From: an uncultured Gammaproteobacteria bacterium
GTDB lineage: Bacteria > Patescibacteriota > Microgenomatia > UBA10105 > UBA927
Direction of reading: 5' to 3'
Assembly: GCA_964629685.1 (NCBI GenBank)
Contig: CAZVTT010000002.1
Coordinates: forward strand, 120,039-184,038
DNA: 64,000 bases
Shown: positions 52,011 to 59,788 of the stretch, one piece after another
Layout: every line of letters starts with the position of its first letter
Position numbering within the stretch: position 1 is the first letter of the stretch
Program-made: the position numbers and the translations under genes
Notes under the pieces: generated by a model
Database searches by the model: none
What the model saw: the letters and a program-made list of their open reading frames with translations, nothing else
What the model was told of the DNA's origin: nothing

Positions 52011-53786
52011 TTAGAATTGTTCCAAAAATCTTATGTCATTACTGTACAGTAATCGGATATCATCAAGTTTAGTTCCGGATTTCATCATGTATGTGCGCTC
52101 TACTCCCCATCCAAAGGCAAAGCCGTTGTATATTTGCGTATCCACGTTCCCATTCGCGAGTACTACGGGATGGACCATCCCTGCTCCGCCCAATTCGAGC
52201 CAACCTTCTTTGCAAAGTCTGCACCCGTTGCCGTTACATACATCACAACTTATATCTACTTCAAATGACGGTTCGGTAAATTGAAAATGAAATGGGCGGA
52301 TTCTGGCTTTTCTTTCCGGTCCGAAGAATTGTTTTACGAAATAATCCAGTACTCCTTTTAGATGTCCGATTGAGACATTTTTGTCTACGTATAACCCCTC
52401 AAACTGGTGAAACATAGGCACATGGGAAATGTCCGATTGCCGGCGGTAACACTTGGCTATATTTATCATTCTGATCGGCAAATTCTTTTTTAGCATTTCT
52501 CTGACTTGTCCGTTTGACGTATGTGGTGTCAGAACCATTTTCGAAAATTTTTCATTTTTTGGTTTGCTGTCCACAAAGAACGTTTCCCACTCGTCTCTGG
52601 CCGGATGATCCGGGGGCATGTTTAGCGATTCGAAGGGGTACCAATCCCAATCTACCTCTGGATGTCTTACCCTCGTGAAGCCTATCCGTTCGAATATTTT
52701 GGTAATTTCGGTTATTGCCTGACTTACTATATGCAGGTGTCCCTGAGGCGGCAGGATCCCCGGCACGGAGGTATCAAACGTATCCTGCTCTGTACTTATG
52801 GCATGTTTCCGTTCATATTCCTGTAATGCCACTTCTACCGATGATTTTACTTCATTAATAAGTGTCCCTATGCGTTGCCGTTGCTCTTGCGGTACGAATC
52901 TAAGCTGTCTGGTGAGATTGGCAAACTCACTTTTGCTTCCGAGCATTTTCAATCGGACTTCATTTGGTGGGTCTTCCGATTGGTGAATGGTTGTGAGTGC
53001 AGTCTGTTGTATTTCCAAAATAAGTGAGGTAAGTGCTGAAGGTGATAAGAGTTGTTGTTCGTCAGTTTGTTTTGGAGTTATAACCGGAACACTATAATAT
53101 ACTTTCACCGTGTCTTGGTTGTGGACAATTGCTGTTACGTGAATTTGCCCTACCTCATCCGTAGTTTTTACCTGTGTGCCGCCGTCCGGAATTGGTGTAT
53201 AACCGGCAATATTTACTATACGGAGCGGTTTATGTTTTGGTAAATATTCGGGCACATGCGATACCAGTTGCGCTAATTCCTGAAGTGAAACAAAACGGGT
53301 TGATATTACCAGTTTTCTGCTGATAATTTGATTTGCTGTGTGTTCTATGGGTTTCTGCATTTCTTCCGATATGCTGCCCGAATATTCGATGAAAGACTGG
53401 TCCCCGTGTTCACCCTTTAGCGGTTTTAGTGATGGCACATGGTGCATAACGGCTTCATGCAAAATATGTCCGGCACTATGTACCTGCATATGCCTGTATC
53501 GCAGATTCCAGTTTATGGTTGTTTCAACGATTTCTTCCGGTGAGATTACGCCGTTAAGTTTCCCTTCATGAATAACCGTGCCTTGTTGAAGCCGTACATG
53601 TGTGACGGAAAGCGTTCCGTTTTTCCCGGTGATTTGCCCTTTATCTGAAGGTTGTCCGCCGCCTTGCGGGTAAAATATCGTTTTATCCAGAACGATTTCG
53701 GTTATATCTCCATGTTTGGCCACGGAGATAACTCTCGCGGAGAGTGACTTTTTATAACTGTCGGTTAAATACATGCATTCGGTCAT
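52011..53786 (-). CDS. pheS: Phenylalanyl-tRNA synthetase alpha subunit fused to an N-terminal AlaX-like (tRNA_SAD / editing-type) domain
   Basis: C-terminal 340 aa are canonical PheS class II motifs: DHPARDEW, TPHTSNGQ, FHQFEGL, FQFTEPSFEVD, GFAFGWGVER. N-terminal ~250 aa read MTECMYLTDSY…FYPQGGGQPSDKGQI…HSAGHILH, as in AlaX-M. Start chosen at the ATG at 53786; the listed start at 53828 is a TTG. Confidence 0.8.
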   Translation of the reverse strand: MTECMYLTDSYKKSLSARVISVAKHGDITEIVLDKTIFYPQGGGQPSDKGQITGKNGTLSVTHVRLQQGTVIHEGKLNGVISPEEIVETTINWNLRYRHMQVHSAGHILHEAVMHHVPSLKPLKGEHGDQSFIEYSGSISEEMQKPIEHTANQIISRKLVISTRFVSLQELAQLVSHVPEYLPKHKPLRIVNIAGYTPIPDGGTQVKTTDEVGQIHVTAIVHNQDTVKVYYSVPVITPKQTDEQQLLSPSALTSLILEIQQTALTTIHQSEDPPNEVRLKMLGSKSEFANLTRQLRFVPQEQRQRIGTLINEVKSSVEVALQEYERKHAISTEQDTFDTSVPGILPPQGHLHIVSQAITEITKIFERIGFTRVRHPEVDWDWYPFESLNMPPDHPARDEWETFFVDSKPKNEKFSKMVLTPHTSNGQVREMLKKNLPIRMINIAKCYRRQSDISHVPMFHQFEGLYVDKNVSIGHLKGVLDYFVKQFFGPERKARIRPFHFQFTEPSFEVDISCDVCNGNGCRLCKEGWLELGGAGMVHPVVLANGNVDTQIYNGFAFGWGVERTYMMKSGTKLDDIRLLYSNDIRFLEQF

Positions 53787-53840
53787 ACGTGTGTATGTAT
53801 TGTACGGTGATAGTAACACCGGCTTCAAGCATACGGCAAT

Positions 53841-53864
53841 AAAAAACCTCCTTATCGGAGGTTA
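53841..53864 (-). terminator. Rho-independent terminator/attenuator between rplT and pheS
   Basis: Minus-strand RNA reads AACCUCC-GAUAA-GGAGGUU followed by UUUUUU. The mirror A-tract and T-rich flank make it bidirectional. Confidence 0.7.
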
Positions 53865-53904
53865 CTTTGGGTTTTTCTTGTTTTGCACTATCCCCAAGTA
53901 CCTC

Positions 53905-53952
53905 CTAAAGAAGGCTAAAGTAAAATTCAAAAAAAAGCACGTTTGCTGACAT
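53905..53952 (-). CDS. pheM: pheM-like Phe-rich leader peptide (15 aa), unlisted
   Basis: ATG lies 4 nt after the rplT stop. It encodes MSANVLFFEFYFSLL with 4 Phe and 1 Tyr (E. coli PheM is [15 protein letters not shown]). Its stop abuts a GGAGGUAC segment able to pair with the terminator 5' arm. Confidence 0.6.
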   Translation of the reverse strand: MSANVLFFEFYFSLL

Positions 53953-53956
53953 ACCG

Positions 53957-54307
53957 TTAATTAATGGATTTGGCTTTTTCAACAATTGCAGCAAAGGCTG
54001 CAGGGTTTTCCAATACCAGGTTTGCCAAAATTTTCCGGTCAATTTCGATATTAGCCGCTTTAAGCTGGCTGATAAACCGACTGTAAGACAAGCCATTTTG
54101 TTTTACTGCTTCGGATATCCTGGTAATCCAGAGGCTGCGAAAATCACGTTTGCGAAGTTTTCGGCCGGCATACGCGTATTCGCCGGAAGCGTTGTATACC
54201 TGTTTGGCAACTTTTACCAGCCTGCGCTTTGTCATGCGATAGCCTTTGTTCGCTACCAATAACTTTTTGTGTTTTGCGTGTGTTGTAACTCCTCGTTTGA
54301 CTCTCAT
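53957..54307 (-). CDS. rplT: 50S ribosomal protein bL20
   Basis: MRVKRGVTTHAKHKK… Start moved to the ATG at 54307 with GGAG upstream. Confidence 0.9.
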   Translation of the reverse strand: MRVKRGVTTHAKHKKLLVANKGYRMTKRRLVKVAKQVYNASGEYAYAGRKLRKRDFRSLWITRISEAVKQNGLSYSRFISQLKAANIEIDRKILANLVLENPAAFAAIVEKAKSIN

Positions 54308-54358
54308 AGTCGCTTTCTCCTGTCTTTGCTGCAGCACTTTCTTCTGCTGTGCAAATGA

Positions 54359-54556
54359 TTATGTGTTTAAATATCCTTTTATAACATTAATAATTTTTGT
54401 GGTAGTTAATGTTTTGGGTTTATCCTGACGTCGTTGTTGTGCTTTGCTTTTACGTCGACGTATATGTCGGGCACCTTGTGTCCGGTGAATAACTTTGCCG
54501 TTTTTGGTTAACTTAAACCGTTTGGATACAATTTTTTTCGTTTTAACTTTTGGCAT
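54359..54556 (-). CDS. rpmI: 50S ribosomal protein bL35
   Basis: MPKVKTKKIVSKRFKLTKNGKV…. AGGAG upstream of the ATG at 54556. Confidence 0.9.
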   Translation of the reverse strand: MPKVKTKKIVSKRFKLTKNGKVIHRTQGARHIRRRKSKAQQRRQDKPKTLTTTKIINVIKGYLNT

Positions 54557-54557
54557 A

Positions 54558-55064
54558 TTACTCCTGTTTATCTTTTTTATCGGAAACAACCATAGCGGAA
54601 AGAATTCTTCCTTCCATATGCGGTTCCCGTACTATTCTGGTGTTTTCGGCCACTCCGGCCAGAAAACGCTTTATTATATCAAATCCGAACTCTTTTCGCG
54701 TTATTTCGCGTCCTTTAAAGAAAACATTCAGTTTTACCTGGTTTCCTTCGGCTAAGAAATCCTTAGCTTGTTCGACGCGGGTATCAAAATCATGTTGTCC
54801 CATAAATGGGCGCAGTCTGATTTCTTTTACCCCTACATTTTTTTGTTTTTTCTTACTTTCCCGCTCTTTTTTAGATTCCTGATACTTAAATTTTTTATAA
54901 TCAATGAGCTTCGCTACCGGAGGCCTTGCATTGGGAGCTATTTCGACAACGTCGATATTTAGCTCTTTAGCGCGTTGTAATGCCTCAATCTTATTTACTA
55001 TCCCAATCTGTTTCCCCTCTTCATCAAGCAGACGAAGTGTAGGGCTGGCGATTTGATAGTTAAT
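54558..55064 (-). CDS. infC: Translation initiation factor IF-3, probable non-AUG (AUU) start
   Basis: IF3 N- and C-domain motifs (RLLDEEGKQIGIV…, IRLRPFMGQHDFD…). The first in-frame ATG (55124) would overlap thrS by 50 nt. An in-frame ATT lies 8 nt after the thrS stop. Confidence 0.75.
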   Translation of the reverse strand: MNYQIASPTLRLLDEEGKQIGIVNKIEALQRAKELNIDVVEIAPNARPPVAKLIDYKKFKYQESKKERESKKKQKNVGVKEIRLRPFMGQHDFDTRVEQAKDFLAEGNQVKLNVFFKGREITRKEFGFDIIKRFLAGVAENTRIVREPHMEGRILSAMVVSDKKDKQE

Positions 55065-55074
55065 TCGGTAATGT

Positions 55075-56847
55075 CTAAAGTTTATGCTCAATCTCGTTTT
55101 GAATCCGTTTGGTAAAGTCTGCAAGACTCATTGTCTTGAGGTCTTCTCCCCTGCGATTCCGTACCGAAAGGCCACCCGAGGCCAATTCTCGATCCCCTAT
55201 TATACCCATGTAGGGTACTTTTTGTAAAGTATAGGCGCGTATTTTAGCTTGCATAGACTCGCTCCTATCATCCAGCTCAGCCCGAATACCCCCGGCTTTG
55301 AGTTGTTTTTCCAGCTCACGGGCACCCTCAATATGTCGTTCTGCAATGGGAATTAGCCCCACTTGTACCGGTGCCAGCCATACGGGGAATGCTCCGGCAA
55401 AGTGTTCTATGAGGAAAGCCATAGTACGTTCTATAGCTCCAATAGATGACCGGTGGATCACAATCGGTTCCGTTTCGGAACCTGAGGAGTCTACGTACCG
55501 TAGTTTAAACCGTTTCGGCATGACAAAATCATATTGAACGGTAAATGCCGTTTCTTCTTTCCCCGAAATGTTTTTCATTTGGACATCAATTTTAGGACCA
55601 TAAAAAGCCGCCTCATTTTCGGCTTCATAATACGTAGCCTTCCGGTCCGACAATACCGTACGTAAGACGCTTTCCGCTTCGTCCCACGCAGCATCGTCTT
55701 TATAGTATTTTTTGTCATCGTTCCGGTTGCCCAAAGACAAGCGGTACCGGTAATTTTCTCCAGGGTTTAAACCAAACACCTGTGCCACAGCGTCTATCAA
55801 ATCCAGAACGCCGTTAATTTCCGAGGCTGCCTGATCTTTGGTGGCGATAATGTGTGCATCAGCCAGACAGAACCCTCGGACACGCATAAGTCCGGTGAGT
55901 TCTCCGGATTTTTCATACCGGTAGAGTTTAGCCAGTTCCGCATAACGAACAGGTAACTCTTTATAGCTCCTTGGCCGGGATTTGAATAGTTCAAAATGAT
56001 GCGGACAGGTCATGGGGCGCAGCATATATTCTTCATCGTCTATGGTTATCGGTGCGTACATTGTGTCTTTATAATATGGATAATGTCCTGACGTTTTGTA
56101 TAATTCCAGATTGGCGATGTCCGGCGTGTATACATGCAGGTAGCCACGTTTTAACTCTTCGTCCACGATAAAGCGTTCAAGTTCTCTCCGTACCGTAGCT
56201 CCTTTTGGTGTCCAAAGCGGTAGTCCTTTGCCGACCAGATCGGAAAATACAAACAAGTCCAGGTCCGCACCAAGTTTCCGGTGATCCCGCTTTCTGGCTT
56301 CTTCCTGCATCGTTAAGAACGCTTCCAATTCCGCACGTGTCGGAAAACAGGTACCGTATATTCTGGTTAACATTTTGTTTTTTTCGCTTCCGCGCCAGTA
56401 TGCTCCGGCCACGCTAAGCAATTTAAAATGCTTTAGTTCCTTATCTGGATGCTGGCAGTGTCCACCGCGGCATAGATCCCAATACGAACCGGATTTATAG
56501 AAGGTAAGCGTTTGTCCTTCTCCGGAAAACTCATCAATCAATTCATGTTTATATACGTTGTCGGGATATTCCTGTTTAGCTGATTCAGGTGATAGCTCAT
56601 GTCGTTCAAACGATTTCCATTGTGGCAGAAGTTCTTTCATTTTTTCTTCTATAGCCGGAAAGTCGTCTTCGGATACTTTTATGTCACCGAAGTCAAAATC
56701 AAAATAAAAACCGGTTTCAATTGCCGGGCCTATGGTGCGTTTGGCATTCGGCCATAGTTCCATTACCGCTGCGGCCAATAGGTGTGCGCAAGAATGACGC
56801 AGGTGTTCTAGTTTTTCTCTATCGTGACTATCCATATTTCCTCCCAT
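55075..56847 (-). CDS. thrS: Threonyl-tRNA synthetase (lacking N-terminal TGS domain; editing HxxxH/CxxxH present)
   Basis: HSCAHLL and DLCRGGHC editing motifs, then class II catalytic motifs and an anticodon-binding domain. Confidence 0.9.
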   Translation of the reverse strand: MGGNMDSHDREKLEHLRHSCAHLLAAAVMELWPNAKRTIGPAIETGFYFDFDFGDIKVSEDDFPAIEEKMKELLPQWKSFERHELSPESAKQEYPDNVYKHELIDEFSGEGQTLTFYKSGSYWDLCRGGHCQHPDKELKHFKLLSVAGAYWRGSEKNKMLTRIYGTCFPTRAELEAFLTMQEEARKRDHRKLGADLDLFVFSDLVGKGLPLWTPKGATVRRELERFIVDEELKRGYLHVYTPDIANLELYKTSGHYPYYKDTMYAPITIDDEEYMLRPMTCPHHFELFKSRPRSYKELPVRYAELAKLYRYEKSGELTGLMRVRGFCLADAHIIATKDQAASEINGVLDLIDAVAQVFGLNPGENYRYRLSLGNRNDDKKYYKDDAAWDEAESVLRTVLSDRKATYYEAENEAAFYGPKIDVQMKNISGKEETAFTVQYDFVMPKRFKLRYVDSSGSETEPIVIHRSSIGAIERTMAFLIEHFAGAFPVWLAPVQVGLIPIAERHIEGARELEKQLKAGGIRAELDDRSESMQAKIRAYTLQKVPYMGIIGDRELASGGLSVRNRRGEDLKTMSLADFTKRIQNEIEHKL

Positions 56848-56913
56848 AAAAAAAACCGTTCTTTTTTGCGAACCCCACGAAAGCGGGATGGTTCCATCGC
56901 AAGTAAAAAACGG
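56848..56913 (-). promoter_or_regulatory. Compound hairpin plus U8 tract immediately upstream of the thrS RBS (attenuator-like leader)
   Basis: Minus-strand RNA reads CCGUUUUUUACUUGC…inner GAACC/GGUUC hairpin…GCAAAAAAGAACGG then UUUUUUUU, AUGGGAGG and AUG. The whole leader is 171 nt. Confidence 0.45.
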
Positions 56914-57018
56914 TACTTAATTTCCGTCATTTCGCTGACTTCTGCGATACACTTTGAGGTTGGTGAAGTCTCATGCGGACGTGTATGGCCAGATGGTACG
57001 ACACCTTGAAAGGTTCTG

Positions 57019-57558
57019 TCAAGCAGTTTTGTGTACTTTTGTTGCGGGTACGCGAAACGCATACACATGTAAATCCTTGTCTTCGGACAGAATTTTCCAA
57101 TCGGGAAAAATAAAGCTATTGGAAATTACCCGCGTCCCGGGCTTAAGGTCCCGCATGAGTTTTTCCTGTAGTGCCTTCATTCTCCATGGGAGAAGATATA
57201 CAAACACCGCGTCCGCATCCTTAATCTCAGCAGTCCAGAAGTTGGACCATTTGGTTTTTGCCTTTTTACGATAGGGAGTAAACCAGGATCTGATAGTTGA
57301 GTACCATACCAAAAAAAGATTAATTTCATATCCGGTTGCTACTACTCCCCGTGCTGCAGCTGCGAACAGCAGTCGTCCGTCACCGGATCCCAGGTCATAT
57401 ATTTTTTCACCCGGTTGCAGTTTTGCTAACTCAATCATTTTTTGTGTTGTAGACGGTGTAGACGGTACAAAGGGAGCGCCCGTTACAAACGCCAAACATA
57501 AAAAAATAAAGAGACACAGAAACAGAAATTGAAACACGATAAATAGTACGTCGATCAT
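57019..57558 (-). CDS. Class I SAM-dependent methyltransferase with N-terminal membrane anchor
   Basis: DLGSGDGRL motif I after a hydrophobic N-terminus. Confidence 0.6.
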   Translation of the reverse strand: MIDVLFIVFQFLFLCLFIFLCLAFVTGAPFVPSTPSTTQKMIELAKLQPGEKIYDLGSGDGRLLFAAAARGVVATGYEINLFLVWYSTIRSWFTPYRKKAKTKWSNFWTAEIKDADAVFVYLLPWRMKALQEKLMRDLKPGTRVISNSFIFPDWKILSEDKDLHVYAFRVPATKVHKTA

Positions 57559-57806
57559 AGTGATGATTTTAGATAGTGAGTATCAGTTTGATTTATATTG
57601 TTCAGCTTGACTGGGCATGCAATAGTATTTTACTATTGGTCACATCTGTGAGTGGCAATAATTAATGTTGCGTAAATTACAGTGTGATTGTACTAACTTT
57701 ATGAGTCAACCTGCCTTGACCATTATAGCGCGTTTTTCTATTTTTTCTTCACTACCTACGCTATCTTCGCATATTCATAACCTTATACGAAGGGAGGTGA
57801 AAAATA

Positions 57807-58412
57807 ATGGAATTTAAACGAATCAGTGCAGGAATCGCATCTGCATCCCTTATTGCTACCCTACTGGCTCCTGCGGCTTTTGCAGAGACCACGGTAACGG
57901 TTGAAGGAAACGGTGCCGATTCTCATAATGTGGTTGAATTAACCACAGCAAACACTACTACCGTGGATGTTATAACGGAAACAAATGTCAGTAATAAAGT
58001 AAAAACTACAGCCAATTCCGGCAATAACAAAGCCAGTGGTAACACCGGCGACGGAAACGTGACGGTAGGTTCCGGAGATGCAACCGCAACCACAACTGTT
58101 ACTACGCTGGTAGGCGGTACATCTGTAACCGTCGAAGGCAATTGCGGCTGCGAGAAAGATACAGACGTAACCGTAAAAGGTAATGGTGTAGATTCTTACT
58201 CAAAAGTAAAACTGAATAATACTAACGCCAAAGCTGTTGGTGTTGCTGCGTCCGCTAAGGTTAAATCCAAAGTTAAGACAAAAGCGAAATCAGGTAAGAA
58301 TATTGCCAAGAACAACACTGGCGTGGGAGACACCGATGTTTCATCAGGTGACGCAACCAGTGATACAACTATTGATACTGTTGTTGAACCAACAACCGTA
58401 TCGGTAAAGTAA
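57807..58412 (+). CDS. Secreted repeat protein (paralog family A; 2 repeat units, no anchor)
   Basis: Signal peptide (…APAAFA|ETT), two units of a GNGxDSxNxVxL…NSGNNxAxGNTGxGxVxVGSGDAxA repeat and an NCGCE Cys pair. GGGAGGTGAAAAATAATG RBS context. Confidence 0.75.
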   Translation: MEFKRISAGIASASLIATLLAPAAFAETTVTVEGNGADSHNVVELTTANTTTVDVITETNVSNKVKTTANSGNNKASGNTGDGNVTVGSGDATATTTVTTLVGGTSVTVEGNCGCEKDTDVTVKGNGVDSYSKVKLNNTNAKAVGVAASAKVKSKVKTKAKSGKNIAKNNTGVGDTDVSSGDATSDTTIDTVVEPTTVSVK

Positions 58413-58429
58413 GTTTGATTGTAGTATTA

Positions 58430-58468
58430 AAAAAGCCCTGCCTATATCGTTATCGGGTAGGGCTTTTT
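58430..58468. terminator. Bidirectional rho-independent terminator
   Basis: AAAAA-GCCCTGCC-loop-GGGTAGGGC-TTTTT between convergent genes. Confidence 0.7.
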
Positions 58469-58474
58469 CGTGGA

Positions 58475-59200
58475 TTAAGGCCGATAGGGTTTTGCAGATA
58501 CTATTAACCGTTTGCTGTCCAAAAATCCGCTACAGGTGAACAGCGTTAACGTTTCTTCTTTGGTAGGAGCAATTACCATAACATCGTTCGGATTTACCAG
58601 TTTAGTCGTGGTTACCTGATATCGGTGCCAACTGTCTTTTGTCAAAATATACACCAGCGCATCTGATTTAATATTGCGGAGAGGGAGAAACAATTTTTCC
58701 CTGGCATGCGCAAAAATAACGATGTTTCCGTTTTGTCCCGGGTTTGCGGTACCGGCCCCATGTGATGCCGTTGTTTCGGAGAGTTCCCAGAAACCGTTTA
58801 TAATTTTTGCTTCTTTTATAGAAATATCTATTTCCAGGGAAGGAATAATGATTCTGAGCGGAGCCTGAACGGACGTGCCGGTTGTAAGTAATTTTTGATC
58901 AATCCTAAATCCTGATAATGCAGGGCTTACGGAAGCTGAATCGCTCGCAGCCGGAGCCTCCCGTACAGATCCGCTTGCCCGGCTTTCCGTAAAATTCCGA
59001 TACGCAGTGGGAAAAAGGATAAAAAGAATGGCTGCCAGCACCAATATAAGCACCGCGTATTTACTCAGAAGTGTCGGAAATCCGCGTACGGTCTTACTAT
59101 CCGGTGGCAGAGCGGTTGGGCTGGGTTTATCTTTGCGACGTTTCGGTTTTATCCGTGAAGTGCGCGCTGTCGCGCTAACCGAGCGGCGAGGCCGAGGCAT
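58475..59200 (-). CDS. Sortase-family transpeptidase
   Basis: Basic N-terminus, a TM anchor, the catalytic His context GNIVIFAHAREK, the TLxTC motif (ETLTLFTCSGF) and a downstream Arg. Confidence 0.75.
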   Translation of the reverse strand: MPRPRRSVSATARTSRIKPKRRKDKPSPTALPPDSKTVRGFPTLLSKYAVLILVLAAILFILFPTAYRNFTESRASGSVREAPAASDSASVSPALSGFRIDQKLLTTGTSVQAPLRIIIPSLEIDISIKEAKIINGFWELSETTASHGAGTANPGQNGNIVIFAHAREKLFLPLRNIKSDALVYILTKDSWHRYQVTTTKLVNPNDVMVIAPTKEETLTLFTCSGFLDSKRLIVSAKPYRP

Positions 59201-59760
59201 AGGGTTCCTGCAATATAAAAGAGTGTATCGGTAATAGGAGTTCCGCTGGTTGCCGCTAATCCGAGTATCTCCGGACCTGCCGATCCGCCGCCGATACCTC
59301 CGGAATTATTGTTTGAACCGCCATTACCGGAATTTGAGTTATTATTGGTTGGATTATTTCCCGATCCGGATGTGGGGGTCGGAGTGCCGGATGTTTGCGT
59401 CGGGGTTGGTGTAAGCGGTTTTTTGCTGGGCGTTGGTGTACCACAGCATCCTACGGTGGCGGAATTTTGATTTACGGTATTGGTAACGTTTATATTTACT
59501 TCAGAATCACCTGTTTTAATTGTGGTATTCCCTTTATTTCCGTTGGCTGAATTTCCGCCCGTATTTGCGTTTGCATCGACGGTAGTTTTAATAGTAGCCG
59601 TATTGTGCTGCTGGACCGAATTGTTACTGGTGGAATTTAACTGAATGGAGTTCTGTGTACCCTGACCATTTCCTTCTATACTGAGTGATTCCGCAAATAC
59701 GGATTGAACGGTAATCAGTGTAAAACTCAGTATCAGTCCTGCAAACAACCAGTTACGCAT
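59149..59760 (-). CDS. Cell-surface repeat protein (family A, 1 unit) with Pro/Thr linker and C-terminal sorting signal
   Basis: Signal peptide from the ATG at 59760 (MRNWLFAGLILSFTLITVQSVFA). One repeat unit, a GCCGT Cys pair and a TPTPS linker. C-terminal LGLAATSG, then hydrophobic helix, then RLARQR. Confidence 0.65.
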   Translation of the reverse strand: MRNWLFAGLILSFTLITVQSVFAESLSIEGNGQGTQNSIQLNSTSNNSVQQHNTATIKTTVDANANTGGNSANGNKGNTTIKTGDSEVNINVTNTVNQNSATVGCCGTPTPSKKPLTPTPTQTSGTPTPTSGSGNNPTNNNSNSGNGGSNNNSGGIGGGSAGPEILGLAATSGTPITDTLFYIAGTLCLGLAARLARQRALHG

Positions 59761-59788
59761 AGGTAATTTACGTTGAGCAGGTACGTGC

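Noticed and set aside
56848-57018. T-box riboswitch upstream of thrS
   Set aside because: Only a partial AAUUA…GUACCG string is present. The conserved UGGN bulge and GGGUGG are absent, and the leader is short for a T-box. It is kept as a generic attenuator-like leader instead.
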